DNA from: a virus
Strand: one strand, 5' to 3'
DNA length: 64,000 nt
Virus record (IMG/VR): IMGVR_UViG_3300019458_000002
Coordinates: 1-64,000 of that record
A model generated the notes under the pieces. The model did not search any database, was not told where the DNA came from, and was given only the letters and a program-made list of their open reading frames with translations. Below are positions 9,278-18,201 of this stretch, in pieces; positions within the stretch are counted from its first letter, which is position 1; each line of letters begins with the position of its first letter. Made by a program: the position numbers and the translations under genes.

Positions 9278-9928
9278 ATGAGATACAAATATCCAAGAAC
9301 CTTTCATTTCCCTACGTCGCCAGGTGCAGACAAAAGCGACAAGATTATGGAGGACACATCTGCCTTTGAGCCAAAGAAGGATGTCGTAGTTACTCTCAAG
9401 ATGGATGGAGAGAACACAACCCTTTATCATGACTATTGGCATGCCAGAAGCATGAACCAAAACCAGCATCTGTCCAGGAACTGGTTGGCTGCCTTTCATG
9501 CTTCCTGGCAACACCTTATCCCGCCTGAAGTGCGTATATGCGGAGAAAACCTATATGCTAAGCACTCAATCCACTACAAGAATCTTGCCTCGTATTTCCA
9601 AGTCTTTGGAATCTGGGAAGGCGATAAATGCTGGTCTTGGGAAGACACAAAGCAGTTCTGTCAAGACCTTAAACTAGAAACTGTACCAGTCGTTTCAGTG
9701 CAAAAATGGCAAGGGGAAACAGCAATGTATTGGCTATTTAAGGGTTTAGTTGAGACAGGATATTGCGAGGATGAGGTAGAGGGTCTGGTTGTTAGGTTGG
9801 CTGAGGAAATTCCTGTTGACAAATGGACCGCAAATGTGGGAAAATTCGTGAGGGAAAATCATGTCTCCACTGACCAACATTGGATGACAAAACCTGTAGT
9901 AAAAAACGGCCTGAAAATCAAGGAGTAG
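9278..9928 (+). CDS. RNA ligase family protein (minimal Rnl2/Rnl5-like nucleotidyltransferase)
   Basis: 216 aa. N-terminal YPRTFHFPTSPG, motif I LKMDGEN, motif IV VEGLVVRL, motif V GKFVRENH. Confidence 0.65.
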   Translation: MRYKYPRTFHFPTSPGADKSDKIMEDTSAFEPKKDVVVTLKMDGENTTLYHDYWHARSMNQNQHLSRNWLAAFHASWQHLIPPEVRICGENLYAKHSIHYKNLASYFQVFGIWEGDKCWSWEDTKQFCQDLKLETVPVVSVQKWQGETAMYWLFKGLVETGYCEDEVEGLVVRLAEEIPVDKWTANVGKFVRENHVSTDQHWMTKPVVKNGLKIKE

Positions 9929-9932
9929 GAAT

Positions 9933-10193
9933 ATGAGCAAAAAGCAAATCACCGTATGCATCACCGACAAAGACATTGACACCGGCAAGCCCCGCAGCCA
10001 GCGAGCCTGCCCAATCGCTAAGGCAGCAAAGCGCCATTCCAAGAATGGCAATGTTCGTGTTACGAATGACACTATTCTACTGAATGGCGTTCGTCATCCG
10101 CTGCCCCCAAAGGCTCAGGACTTTGTTGTCGATTTCGACAGCTATCGCTTCGTTTACCCATTCAAGTTCCACTTGCTCGTCAGCAAGAAGTAA
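9933..10193 (+). CDS. Small CP[IV]A-motif protein, paralog 1 of 4
   Basis: 86 aa: ITVCITDKDIDTGKPRSQRACPIAKAAKRH...PPKAQDFVVDFD...YPFKFHL. Confidence 0.6.
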   Translation: MSKKQITVCITDKDIDTGKPRSQRACPIAKAAKRHSKNGNVRVTNDTILLNGVRHPLPPKAQDFVVDFDSYRFVYPFKFHLLVSKK

Positions 10194-10195
10194 TT

Positions 10196-10456
10196 ATGAA
10201 GAAGCAAATTACTATCTGTGTGACTGCCAAAGACATCAGTTCTGGAAAGCAGGGTAGCTACACCAAGTGTCCTATTGCTTTGGCTGCTAAGCGCCATTCA
10301 AATGGAGGTAAGATACGAGTAGGATACAAGTTCCTGACACTCAATGGTCAGCAGGTTCAGCTTCCACCACTTGCTCAGGACTTTGTTACTTGGTTTGATA
10401 CAGGATATAACTACCTTGTACATCCTTTCAAGTTTCACGTAAGAATCGAGAAGTAA
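10196..10456 (+). CDS. Small CP[IV]A-motif protein, paralog 2 of 4
   Basis: 86 aa: ITICVTAKDISSGKQGSYTKCPIALAAKRH...PPLAQDFVTWFD...HPFKFHV. Confidence 0.6.
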   Translation: MKKQITICVTAKDISSGKQGSYTKCPIALAAKRHSNGGKIRVGYKFLTLNGQQVQLPPLAQDFVTWFDTGYNYLVHPFKFHVRIEK

Positions 10457-10458
10457 AC

Positions 10459-10722
10459 ATGTCAAAGAAAATTACCGTTACAGTAACGGCAAATGACATC
10501 AAGGCCTCTAAAAAGGCACTGAAGTCTGGTGAATGGCGCACCACCTGTTGCCCCGTAGCTCAGGCTCTACGGAGGCGATGGCCTGATGCTGGGGTGGGAA
10601 CTACTAACTTCACAAAGGGCTCTGGGCTCTATCAAAGCCTGCCAAAGAAGGCTATGGATTTCATCTATGATTATGACCAAGGGGTAGCAGTAAAACCATT
10701 CCGATTTACACTATGGGTCTAA
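10459..10722 (+). CDS. Small CP[IV]A-motif protein, paralog 3 of 4
   Basis: 87 aa: ITVTVTANDIKASK...CCPVAQALRRR...PKKAMDFIYDYD...KPFRFTL. Confidence 0.6.
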   Translation: MSKKITVTVTANDIKASKKALKSGEWRTTCCPVAQALRRRWPDAGVGTTNFTKGSGLYQSLPKKAMDFIYDYDQGVAVKPFRFTLWV

Positions 10723-11006
10723 TGTCTGAGAACACAACATATCAAAATGTAAAGCTCAACCCAATGGATTGGCACATTGGGTTGACTCCTACACAAATCT
10801 CTGTTAAGAGTGTACGTAGAAGTGATGGTCGTACAGTTACCAAGACCGTTGATTTCAAGGACACTGGTGTTTCTGATGCAACGGCAAATATGTGGTTACT
10901 TTTAGAAGAACTAGCTTCCACACTTTTGATGCCCTTTGACACAGTTACAATGCCTGATGGCAGAATGTATATGGCGCTCGTCCTGTTCCCGCATCCTGAG
11001 GCTTAA
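10722..11006 (+). CDS. Hypothetical protein
   Basis: ATG 10722 overlaps the upstream TAA (TAATG); the track start is 10713. Unrelated to the flanking paralogs. Confidence 0.5.
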   Translation: MSENTTYQNVKLNPMDWHIGLTPTQISVKSVRRSDGRTVTKTVDFKDTGVSDATANMWLLLEELASTLLMPFDTVTMPDGRMYMALVLFPHPEA

Positions 11007-11254
11007 TGAAAATTCAGGTCACACAAGAAGACATTGAAAAAGGAGTACGAAATGTATGCGCCTGGTGTCCTGTTGCGCGTGCAGCAACCAGGGCCTTTGG
11101 AAAGCCAATGAAAGCCATGCGCTGGCGCCTAGAAGATGTGGCTACTGGTGAGTGCATTGAAACTCCGAAAGAGGTTAGTCGCTGGATGTTTAAGTTCGAT
11201 GACCATCAGCCTGTGGAGCCTTTTGAATTTGAGGTGTCTGATGGACTGGTATAA
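11006..11254 (+). CDS. Small CP[IV]A-motif protein, paralog 4 of 4 (divergent)
   Basis: 82 aa: IQVTQEDIEKGVRNVCAWCPVARAATRA...PKEVSRWMFKFD...EPFEFEV. Confidence 0.55.
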   Translation: MKIQVTQEDIEKGVRNVCAWCPVARAATRAFGKPMKAMRWRLEDVATGECIETPKEVSRWMFKFDDHQPVEPFEFEVSDGLV

Positions 11255-12281
11255 AGGAAATTTGCTTTGGCTTCCAGAGCGTACAATATTTCTGACCAAG
11301 GCAGGTTCCCATGCCTATGGCACCAACATTGAAACCTCAGATATTGACTTACGAGGTGTTGCTATTCCACCCCGTGAATACTTCTTGGGTTTCCTAAAGC
11401 AATTTGAGCAAGCAGAAAGCAAAGACCCTTACGATGCCGTAGTCTACGACATCAGGAAGTTCTTCAAGCTCGCGTCTGCATGCAATCCAAACATCATAGA
11501 GCTTTTGTACTGTGACCCAATGGACTGGATGGTTCCAAATCCATTTAGTAGTGCATTGTCTCCATGGATTCTCATTCTTCAGCACCGAGACCTGTTTCTA
11601 TCTAAGAAGGCCAGATATACCTTCAGTGGATACGCAATGGCTCAGTTGAAGCGTATCAAGACCCATCGTAGATGGTTGCTTAATCCTCCAGCCAAAAAGC
11701 CAGACCGTTCTGACTTCGGACTTAGTCCACACAATGCCACTCTAAACAAAGAGGACATGGCATTGATTGAAAGTCAAATCAGGCGAGTTGAAGACACGCT
11801 AGGTGGCGAAGGTTTCACTAAGGACCGCGTTCAAGAGAACGATGACGAGATAGTGGTTCAGGTCGCAACCAAGCTGAACCTAGCCAAAGACCTTTTCCCT
11901 TTGATTATTGCAGAGCGTAAGTATAGGGCTGCCAGTCATGAGTGGGACCAGTACACAAAATGGAAAGAAGAACGTAACCCTGTCCGCTCTGCCCTAGAAG
12001 CAAAATATGGATATGACACAAAGCATGCTTCTCACCTTGTTCGGCTAATGCGTATGTGTACTGAAATCATGGAAAGTGGTGTCGTCCATGTTAAGCGGCC
12101 AGATGCAGAAGAACTAAAGGCTATTAGAGGGGGTAGCTGGACTTACGACCAGCTTATGGAATGGGCCACTGAGCAAGACACAAAGCTCAATGACACATAT
12201 CAAAAAAGCAGCTTGCGAAATAGTCCTGACCTTGATAAGATAGACGTACTACTAGTTTCAGTTGTTGAAAGATTTTTATGA
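11241..12281 (+). CDS. RlaP-like (RNA-repair-associated) Pol-beta superfamily nucleotidyltransferase
   Basis: I prefer ATG 11241 (MDWYKGNLLWLPERTIF); the track start at 11136 overlaps the upstream gene. Motif AGSHAYGTNIETSDIDLRGV gives the GS...DxD signature. Confidence 0.6.
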   Translation: MDWYKGNLLWLPERTIFLTKAGSHAYGTNIETSDIDLRGVAIPPREYFLGFLKQFEQAESKDPYDAVVYDIRKFFKLASACNPNIIELLYCDPMDWMVPNPFSSALSPWILILQHRDLFLSKKARYTFSGYAMAQLKRIKTHRRWLLNPPAKKPDRSDFGLSPHNATLNKEDMALIESQIRRVEDTLGGEGFTKDRVQENDDEIVVQVATKLNLAKDLFPLIIAERKYRAASHEWDQYTKWKEERNPVRSALEAKYGYDTKHASHLVRLMRMCTEIMESGVVHVKRPDAEELKAIRGGSWTYDQLMEWATEQDTKLNDTYQKSSLRNSPDLDKIDVLLVSVVERFL

Positions 12282-12460
12282 CCTGTAAAAGGTGTGGTCA
12301 AAAATACAAATCTTCTAAAGAAAAATGGAAGGACGATTTGAAGGATGTTTCAATTAGCACTCGAAGGACTATCAATTCTATAATAGATTTATTAGATGCA
12401 TTAGAAAAAGGTGGCCCACAAATGTGTGAAACATGCCACAATTTTGTGTTTTCAGAATAA
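12278..12460 (+). CDS. Small zinc-ribbon protein
   Basis: 60 aa. CKRCGQ ... CETCHNF. ATGA overlap with the upstream stop. Confidence 0.5.
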   Translation: MTCKRCGQKYKSSKEKWKDDLKDVSISTRRTINSIIDLLDALEKGGPQMCETCHNFVFSE

Positions 12461-12472
12461 GAAAGGGTACCA

Positions 12473-13618
12473 ATGCAAGACAATAAGTGGTGGAATAACA
12501 TCAATGCGCCAGCATACCACTCTGAAGGTGGATATCTGGACCAGGCATTTTCTGAAATGGCCCTCTCCTACGGGACATTGAAGGACGAAAACCTAACTCT
12601 TTACTCTCGTTCGTGTGAGGGTCCTCTAAAGGAAGAATTTATCAAGACCTTCTTGGCTTCCTTCGAAGCAAAGATGGCTGAGAAGGGCGGTCGTTTGTTG
12701 TATGATACGGTGTGGGGACGCAAAGTCGAAGGCAATAGCCGCGTCTACCTCATCAAAGACGGAATCTGCAATTTTCGTTTCGAAGACAATGCCTTTGATG
12801 TTCGTTTTTCTTCCTACGACAAGGACTGGATTGAGGAATTTTGCGCTTGGCTGAAGCCCCTTGTTGGAGCTAAGGTCAGTCATGGCAAGGCTTACGTGAT
12901 TGTGTCGGGTGTTGAAGGGCCTTCTCTGACTTCCATTGGTGTGGCATCCGTGAATTTTGAACCAGGCAACTACACAAAGGACGTAACAGATGGCTTTCGC
13001 CATGTCATCACAGACCTGAAGACCGTGACCCCTAGTGGACGAGTGGCCATTCTCGATGGAGAACCAGGAACAGGCAAGACCTTCCTTATTCGGTCTCTAC
13101 TCAAGGAAGTTCCTGATGCTATTTTCATCATGGTGGCTGCAGGAGCAATTGAAATGCTCACTTCTCCAAACTTGGTTCCTCTGTTGATTCGTACAAAGCG
13201 TGAGTCAACGGTCCCCATTGTCTTCGTAATTGAAGACGCCGATGCCTGTCTGGTGCCACGCGCAGCTGACAATGTCAACGCAATCAGTACGCTACTGAAC
13301 TTCTCTGACGGTATCCTGGGTTCGCTTCTGGATATTCGTATCATTGCCACCACCAATGCCAAAATCACAGAGATTGATAAGGCAATACTACGGCCAGGCC
13401 GCCTTAGCCGTCGCATCGATGTGTCTCGCCTGAATCCATCTCATGCAGTCGAAGTCTTCAAGCGTCTGACCGGCAAGGACCCTGAAGCTGGCCAGCTTGA
13501 TGCTAAGCGTGGGAATACTTTGGCTGAGATTTACTCTATGGCTCGCGATAACGGATACGTGCCTCCTGCGGCTAACAACAAAATCGGCTTCCACAACGAC
13601 TTCCCTGACTTCGACTAA
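12473..13618 (+). CDS. AAA+ ATPase
   Basis: 381 aa. Walker A GEPGTGKT, Walker B VFVIEDAD, sensor/Arg region RPGRLSRRIDV. Unassigned N-terminal domain of about 190 aa. Confidence 0.8.
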   Translation: MQDNKWWNNINAPAYHSEGGYLDQAFSEMALSYGTLKDENLTLYSRSCEGPLKEEFIKTFLASFEAKMAEKGGRLLYDTVWGRKVEGNSRVYLIKDGICNFRFEDNAFDVRFSSYDKDWIEEFCAWLKPLVGAKVSHGKAYVIVSGVEGPSLTSIGVASVNFEPGNYTKDVTDGFRHVITDLKTVTPSGRVAILDGEPGTGKTFLIRSLLKEVPDAIFIMVAAGAIEMLTSPNLVPLLIRTKRESTVPIVFVIEDADACLVPRAADNVNAISTLLNFSDGILGSLLDIRIIATTNAKITEIDKAILRPGRLSRRIDVSRLNPSHAVEVFKRLTGKDPEAGQLDAKRGNTLAEIYSMARDNGYVPPAANNKIGFHNDFPDFD

Positions 13619-13806
13619 TGGCAAGGGACCTTGTCCGCATTAGGAATGTCTGTCCAAAATGCGGAGCCCAGAGATTCCTACTCCACAAAAACTATGGAGA
13701 CACTTTAGAAGAGTGGAATGCTTACGTAAAAAGACAGAAGGAAAAGGAGCCTACACGTTACGCCTGCGACAGATGTACGAAGGTTCCGACTTATGATGAC
13801 GAATAA
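13618..13806 (+). CDS. Small zinc-ribbon protein
   Basis: 62 aa. CPKCGAQ ... CDRCTK. TAATG overlap. Confidence 0.5.
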   Translation: MARDLVRIRNVCPKCGAQRFLLHKNYGDTLEEWNAYVKRQKEKEPTRYACDRCTKVPTYDDE

Positions 13807-14191
13807 ACGCAAAATAGCTATTGTAGGCAGTCGTGACTTCGCCAAACTAGAACTGGTGGATGCGCTCATTTACAAACTGAACAAAGACGAGCACGAAATA
13901 GTGTCTGGAGGCGCAGTAGGAGTAGATACTCAGGCTCAGAACACAGCTATTCTAAATGGCTTTGAAGTTCAGATATTCTACCCAGACTGGAGCCAGGGCA
14001 AGGGTGCAGGTATTGCCCGAAATAGCGACATTGTGGCTTACGCTGACGATGTTTACGCCTTCTATGATGGCAAAAGCAGGGGCACGCTAGATAGCATGAG
14101 AAAGGCTGTAGCAGCAGGCAAGCTACGCCGGGTCTTCAACGAACATGAAGAAGCTAAAGATATTATTCCTAGCCCTGACCCTGTCGTGTGA
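13793..14191 (+). CDS. SLOG-superfamily (DUF2493/DprA-like Rossmann) protein
   Basis: 132 aa: IAIVGSRDF...IVSGGAVGVDTQAQ...GAGIARNSDIV. Confidence 0.55.
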   Translation: MMTNKRKIAIVGSRDFAKLELVDALIYKLNKDEHEIVSGGAVGVDTQAQNTAILNGFEVQIFYPDWSQGKGAGIARNSDIVAYADDVYAFYDGKSRGTLDSMRKAVAAGKLRRVFNEHEEAKDIIPSPDPVV

Positions 14192-14384
14192 TGGCGACAT
14201 ACCTTGTCCTACGGCTGAAGAAGTTGTAGAACAGGATGCTAAAACGCCTACAATAGCATTCCAGTGCGACCTCCTAATTCAAGGAATTAGATTTTGCTTA
14301 ACTCTAAGCAAGAACAAAGAGGGTAAGCCTATTTTCGGACTTACTCCAGTTCTTAGACCGTTCTGTGAAGTGCCTCATGAATGA
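14145..14384 (+). CDS. Putative lipoprotein
   Basis: 79 aa. Signal peptide MKKLKILFLALTLSC with a lipobox-like LTLSC. The 47-nt overlap with the upstream gene lowers confidence. Confidence 0.4.
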   Translation: MKKLKILFLALTLSCDGDIPCPTAEEVVEQDAKTPTIAFQCDLLIQGIRFCLTLSKNKEGKPIFGLTPVLRPFCEVPHE

Positions 14385-14664
14385 GGTTTGGATGTGCTTC
14401 TACACAAAGCATGGACCAAAACTAATCATAGCCCATGATGACAAGGTCCACTATGCCATTGCCGAGGGCCTTCTTGAGTTATACAGAGAAACTGGACTTG
14501 ATGCAGATTACGTAGAAATTACAGAAAAAGACTACAAAACCCTTTTTGCGGAATTCAAAGAAGCACGCATCTTCCCTTCTACCTTTGAAGAAAAATGCTT
14601 AATGAAAATTGTTGGACCCCTAGGCTATACAGCCGTTAAGTGCTTTAAGGATTCACCCTCTTAG
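14377..14664 (+). CDS. Hypothetical protein
   Basis: I prefer ATG 14377 (ATGAATGA overlap); the track start is 14365. Last gene of the rightward block, converging on 14645..15427. Confidence 0.5.
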   Translation: MNEVWMCFYTKHGPKLIIAHDDKVHYAIAEGLLELYRETGLDADYVEITEKDYKTLFAEFKEARIFPSTFEEKCLMKIVGPLGYTAVKCFKDSPS

Positions 14665-15427
14665 GTGCCTTACCTGCTTTAATGGACTTGAGGTAGTCGT
14701 AGACAGTTGGAACAATGAAGTCGATGGCGTTGGCTTCAGTAGCCTGCCGGTAATTTAGTTCCCAGTTGCCGTGTTCAATTTTAGCATTGTATTCTTTTGC
14801 TGAAATCCCGAGTCTGTCAGAAATGACCCTGGACATGATTTCAGATATCACTGAAATGCTCTTGTGAAGTTCTAGAAGGGTTTCTGGGTTTAGTTGCGTA
14901 CCCTCCTCAACTACAAAACTTGGATTGTGGGCAAGTAGAACCGAGGTAAGTGTCATTGTGCGGACATCGCATGCTTGCAACATAAAGAAGGCCATGCTGG
15001 CTCCATATCCATTTACAGTGCAATGAACCTTAACGCCCTTCTCAGCCTTGAATTCGTTCAGTGACTGATACATAGAGAATCCTGAAAATACAGAACCTCC
15101 TGGGCTGTTGATTTCAATGAAAAGGTTTTTGAGATTCTTTGCGTCCTTCCAGGATTCCAGCCAATTCTGGAAAGCAATTCTCTGGGAGCTATCAATGATT
15201 CCATGAATCTTGTGGTAGGCAGTACATTTCTTGCCGTCGCTAGCTTTGCACTTTTGTGCATCTGGCTTTTCTGGCATACCAAGAAGTATGTTAAATGTTT
15301 GCCCTGTCTTTGGAATAGAATCGGCGGCTACTGAGGAGGTAGGTTTTTGAACAATGTTATGAACTTTACCGGCACATCCTGCAAAGACCATAAAGAATGA
15401 TAGAACAACGCATACCAACCCCTTCAT
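14645..15427 (-). CDS. ClpP/SppA (S14/S49)-type serine protease with lipoprotein signal peptide
   Basis: 260 aa. N-terminal MKGLVCVVLSFFMVFAGCAG contains the lipobox FAGC. Also INSPGGSVFSG and NGYGASMAFFML (Ser nucleophile context). Confidence 0.65.
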   Translation of the reverse strand: MKGLVCVVLSFFMVFAGCAGKVHNIVQKPTSSVAADSIPKTGQTFNILLGMPEKPDAQKCKASDGKKCTAYHKIHGIIDSSQRIAFQNWLESWKDAKNLKNLFIEINSPGGSVFSGFSMYQSLNEFKAEKGVKVHCTVNGYGASMAFFMLQACDVRTMTLTSVLLAHNPSFVVEEGTQLNPETLLELHKSISVISEIMSRVISDRLGISAKEYNAKIEHGNWELNYRQATEANAIDFIVPTVYDYLKSIKAGKAPKRVNP

Positions 15428-16015
15428 TTATTCTCCTTTGCCCATTAGGGCCTTGATGTCATTTAGATAGGGGTCTTTGAATGCTTCCCCTGACTTTAGT
15501 TTATCATGAAACCCTTTGAAAGCCCTCTTGACAAGTCTCTTAAAGGGAAACATCCAAGCGTACTCGGGTCCAGTGAAATACGGAACAAGTTGATTTTCGA
15601 TGTACCAGTCATTGACATCGCTTGGGTTCTTAAGGTATGCTACCGTCATTGTGACGCAGTATGCCTGAAACTCAAACCAAGCTCGAAAAATTGCTGGCAA
15701 TGGTAGAAATGGAAGTAGGTACAGAAGCCCCATTAGCGCAGGAGTGAACTTCTTTGCCTGGATAGCGTGTCTACCCTCATGAAGTAGTGTTTCCCACTCC
15801 CAAGGCTCTCCTGCTGCGCCTATTGGCCTATAGGTAGTATACCCAAAGGTCGTGTAGAAGTTGGTCATGTAGCCTTTATTAAAAAACATAAGTTTTCCAA
15901 TTAGGCGCTGCAGCTTATTGTCGGCCTTGTTTTCGACGGTAAAGGCTGGAGCGTACTTACGAATCAGTTCAATAGCTTTGGCGTTCTTATCTACTACGGG
16001 CTTTGGCATTACCAT
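15428..16015 (-). CDS. Putative HExxH metallopeptidase-like protein
   Basis: 195 aa. LLHEGRHAIQ followed by a hydrophobic stretch (LMGLLYLLPFLPLPAIF). Confidence 0.5.
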   Translation of the reverse strand: MVMPKPVVDKNAKAIELIRKYAPAFTVENKADNKLQRLIGKLMFFNKGYMTNFYTTFGYTTYRPIGAAGEPWEWETLLHEGRHAIQAKKFTPALMGLLYLLPFLPLPAIFRAWFEFQAYCVTMTVAYLKNPSDVNDWYIENQLVPYFTGPEYAWMFPFKRLVKRAFKGFHDKLKSGEAFKDPYLNDIKALMGKGE

Positions 16016-16272
16016 TACTCACCCAGGTATTCTTCGCCCCTTTTGCCCTTCTTTTTTGAAGGTGCAGGAGCAGGCGTGCGAGTTAGGTGCCGAGTAGCTA
16101 CCCACTTAGTCGCGGCATTGCCTCCGACATAGATTGCGCATACGGAAATGAGGCCCATTACGACTTCGCTAAAGATAGCGGCAGGAATGAAAAGGCCTGA
16201 CAGAATTACAGAAAGACTGGTTCCTACACAGAACCACATTTTACGGCTAGTTACGCCACCATCGCTCATCAT
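16015..16272 (-). CDS. Small two-TM membrane protein
   Basis: 85 aa. Two hydrophobic helices and a Lys-rich tail (PSKKKGKRGEE). Confidence 0.55.
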   Translation of the reverse strand: MMSDGGVTSRKMWFCVGTSLSVILSGLFIPAAIFSEVVMGLISVCAIYVGGNAATKWVATRHLTRTPAPAPSKKKGKRGEEYLGE

Positions 16273-16298
16273 ACCCTAAAGATTAGGGCTTGGCGCTG

Positions 16299-16664
16299 TT
16301 ATGGGAACAGAGTCCAGATTAGGGTGAGAACCTTTTGTCCCAATATGGCTAATGCGCCTGCTGCCATTAGCCATAAACCCTTCTTTAGGTTTGCGCTAAA
16401 CCTGCTTCTACGTTCTTCTACGACTTCAAGGGCGGCAACTCGTTTGTTTGCTGCCTCAAGTTCAGTATCTGTCTTTTCTAGCTTCTCAGTAAGAGGCTTA
16501 ATAAGGCCTTCGATTTTATCGCTTATTTGGGCAAATCCCTCAGATACCTGAATCGTTAAATGCTGAAGCTGTACACCTTGCTTAGCGATTTCGGCGGCGT
16601 CTTCTTCTAGACGCTGCAGCCGCTCTTCGTGAGCCTGTACTTGGTCGTTATTGCTACCAGACAT
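16299..16664 (-). CDS. Coiled-coil protein with C-terminal membrane anchor
   Basis: I prefer ATG 16664 (MSGSNNDQVQ...); the track start at 16712 is TTG. C-terminal GLWLMAAGALAILGQKVLTLIWTLF. Confidence 0.5.
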   Translation of the reverse strand: MSGSNNDQVQAHEERLQRLEEDAAEIAKQGVQLQHLTIQVSEGFAQISDKIEGLIKPLTEKLEKTDTELEAANKRVAALEVVEERRSRFSANLKKGLWLMAAGALAILGQKVLTLIWTLFP

Positions 16665-16701
16665 TGTTGTAACAATAAGATTATTTTCCTTCACGGGACA
16701 A

Positions 16702-17715
16702 TTACTCGTCAACTTTGTTTAGGTCATTTGCACAGTTGATATGGCAAGGAAACTTGTCGTTCACGCTTCTAGCGTACATATGCTCGGTATATTTCCCGCA
16801 CATATAGCAATTAAGTTTGGATGACCTACCATTGACTAGTGGAGCATCTTCCATTCTAGGATAGTCCTTTGGTGTTTCTTCTAAGTCAAAGTTAAAGTCA
16901 ATGTCGTGCTTGTGGTCTGCACGGCTGATTCTATCAAGGTCAGACCCATATGTTGGGTGGTTGTAAGGCTTTTGATGTTCTGAGAAGCGGTCAATCTCCT
17001 CAGGGGATGCAGTTTCTCGTTTGGCTCCAGGTAGAGACATTTCGTTCCAACCATCGGTAACAGGAATTGGAACATCTCCAATTCCAGGAGAAGCATTAAC
17101 TTCTGGTGCCTTGCAACAAGCGCAGGGTATGACAATGTCGGACCTATATAGTTTTTCAATATCGGACTTATACAGTTTTATGTGGCTATTATCATAAACC
17201 ACATTACGCATGACAGGAGATAAGTCTTCAATGTAGAGTCCTGCTCCCTGTGTTAGCTTACCTGGAGGCACATTGTAGTTACCGGCTTCTAGAGCCTTAA
17301 CTAGTTGCTGGATTCTGTGTTCTAAAGAAATAGCTGCATAGTCCTGAGGCGAAAGAACTAGTTGCTCGGGCTCTCCAAAGCTCTCTTCCATAATCTTCTT
17401 AGCTTCATCGAAAGCCTTCTTATCAAGCTCCATGGAGCAGCTGAAGTCAAATGAAGTTCCTTGATTGTGAGAGGATAGAGAAGGCTCCCAAATGTCATAC
17501 CAGCTATCTGTATCTTCTAAAATTTCCTCACGCAACTTCCACCCTTGAAGCTCATAAACGCCATTCTTCTCGTCCTCTTTACCAAAGTTCATAATGAGCT
17601 TTTGTCCAGGACCCGTTGGCGGTGGCGCTATACAGAATTCTCCAGAGTGACCGCGAGTCTCGCAGTCCTTCGTCTTTTCATGTGGACATACTTCCCAGAG
17701 GTAGTTTATTCCCAT
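16702..17715 (-). CDS. Cys-rich hypothetical protein carrying one fibre-type RADHKHD motif
   Basis: 337 aa. ISRADHKHDIDF matches the repeat unit of fibre 32337..34268. Several CxxC-like pairs (CACC, CYMCG, CHINC). Confidence 0.55.
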   Translation of the reverse strand: MGINYLWEVCPHEKTKDCETRGHSGEFCIAPPPTGPGQKLIMNFGKEDEKNGVYELQGWKLREEILEDTDSWYDIWEPSLSSHNQGTSFDFSCSMELDKKAFDEAKKIMEESFGEPEQLVLSPQDYAAISLEHRIQQLVKALEAGNYNVPPGKLTQGAGLYIEDLSPVMRNVVYDNSHIKLYKSDIEKLYRSDIVIPCACCKAPEVNASPGIGDVPIPVTDGWNEMSLPGAKRETASPEEIDRFSEHQKPYNHPTYGSDLDRISRADHKHDIDFNFDLEETPKDYPRMEDAPLVNGRSSKLNCYMCGKYTEHMYARSVNDKFPCHINCANDLNKVDE

Positions 17716-17721
17716 GATTAC

Positions 17722-18183
17722 TTATAGCCCGCTTTCCCTTAAGCGCTTATCTGCCTCGTACAAGATTCCTTTCTTGTTAGTCCACTCTTGGGATTCATGC
17801 TTCACATCAGCCTTACCTGTTTTTACGAAAAAGTAGGCGTGCAGGAGTTCATGGCTAAAGGCCGTACGACTAAAATTAGCTTTCTTTGGCCACGCTATCA
17901 TTGTCGCAAAGGGCCAAAACAAACCATTCACGCAATGGTCTTTTTCCTTGCTAAGCGGATTCCAGAAGCTGTTGCAGTCATTGCAAGTTAAATCAGGGGC
18001 TTCAACCCAAATAATCTTTGGTGGCAAGCCCTGCATGCCATAGACCTCGTTCCAGACTATTTTGATAGCGTCTTCTTGTCCAGGCTTAACGCTATCATGA
18101 AGGCCCTTGCCTCTAGGTGAAGTCCTGCCTATGACAAATCCAAGGTATAAACAAAAAGCGGCTAACAGTGCTATAGCAATCAT
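17722..18183 (-). CDS. Membrane-anchored HExxH metallopeptidase-like protein
   Basis: 153 aa. N-terminal TM segment MIAIALLAAFCLYLGFVIG. Motif FSHELLHAYF. Resembles 47133..47735. Confidence 0.6.
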   Translation of the reverse strand: MIAIALLAAFCLYLGFVIGRTSPRGKGLHDSVKPGQEDAIKIVWNEVYGMQGLPPKIIWVEAPDLTCNDCNSFWNPLSKEKDHCVNGLFWPFATMIAWPKKANFSRTAFSHELLHAYFFVKTGKADVKHESQEWTNKKGILYEADKRLRESGL

Positions 18184-18201
18184 CTACAGCTAAGATTGGA
18201 G

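Noticed and set aside
11136-11240. Upstream extension of the RlaP-like ORF (similarly 21206-21301, 22602-22727, 55524-55583, 60304-60363 and 36633-36662)
   Set aside because: The extensions overlap the preceding gene. In each case an internal ATG gives the usual 1-14-nt stop/start overlap.
12626-13416. Minus-strand ORFs 12626..13003, 12970..13416 and 13388..13624
   Set aside because: They are antisense to the AAA+ ATPase gene, which has unambiguous Walker motifs.
16015-16712. Calling 16015..16272 a holin and 16299..16664 a spanin
   Set aside because: Only the topology fits. I recognised no endolysin nearby, so both are left as membrane proteins.
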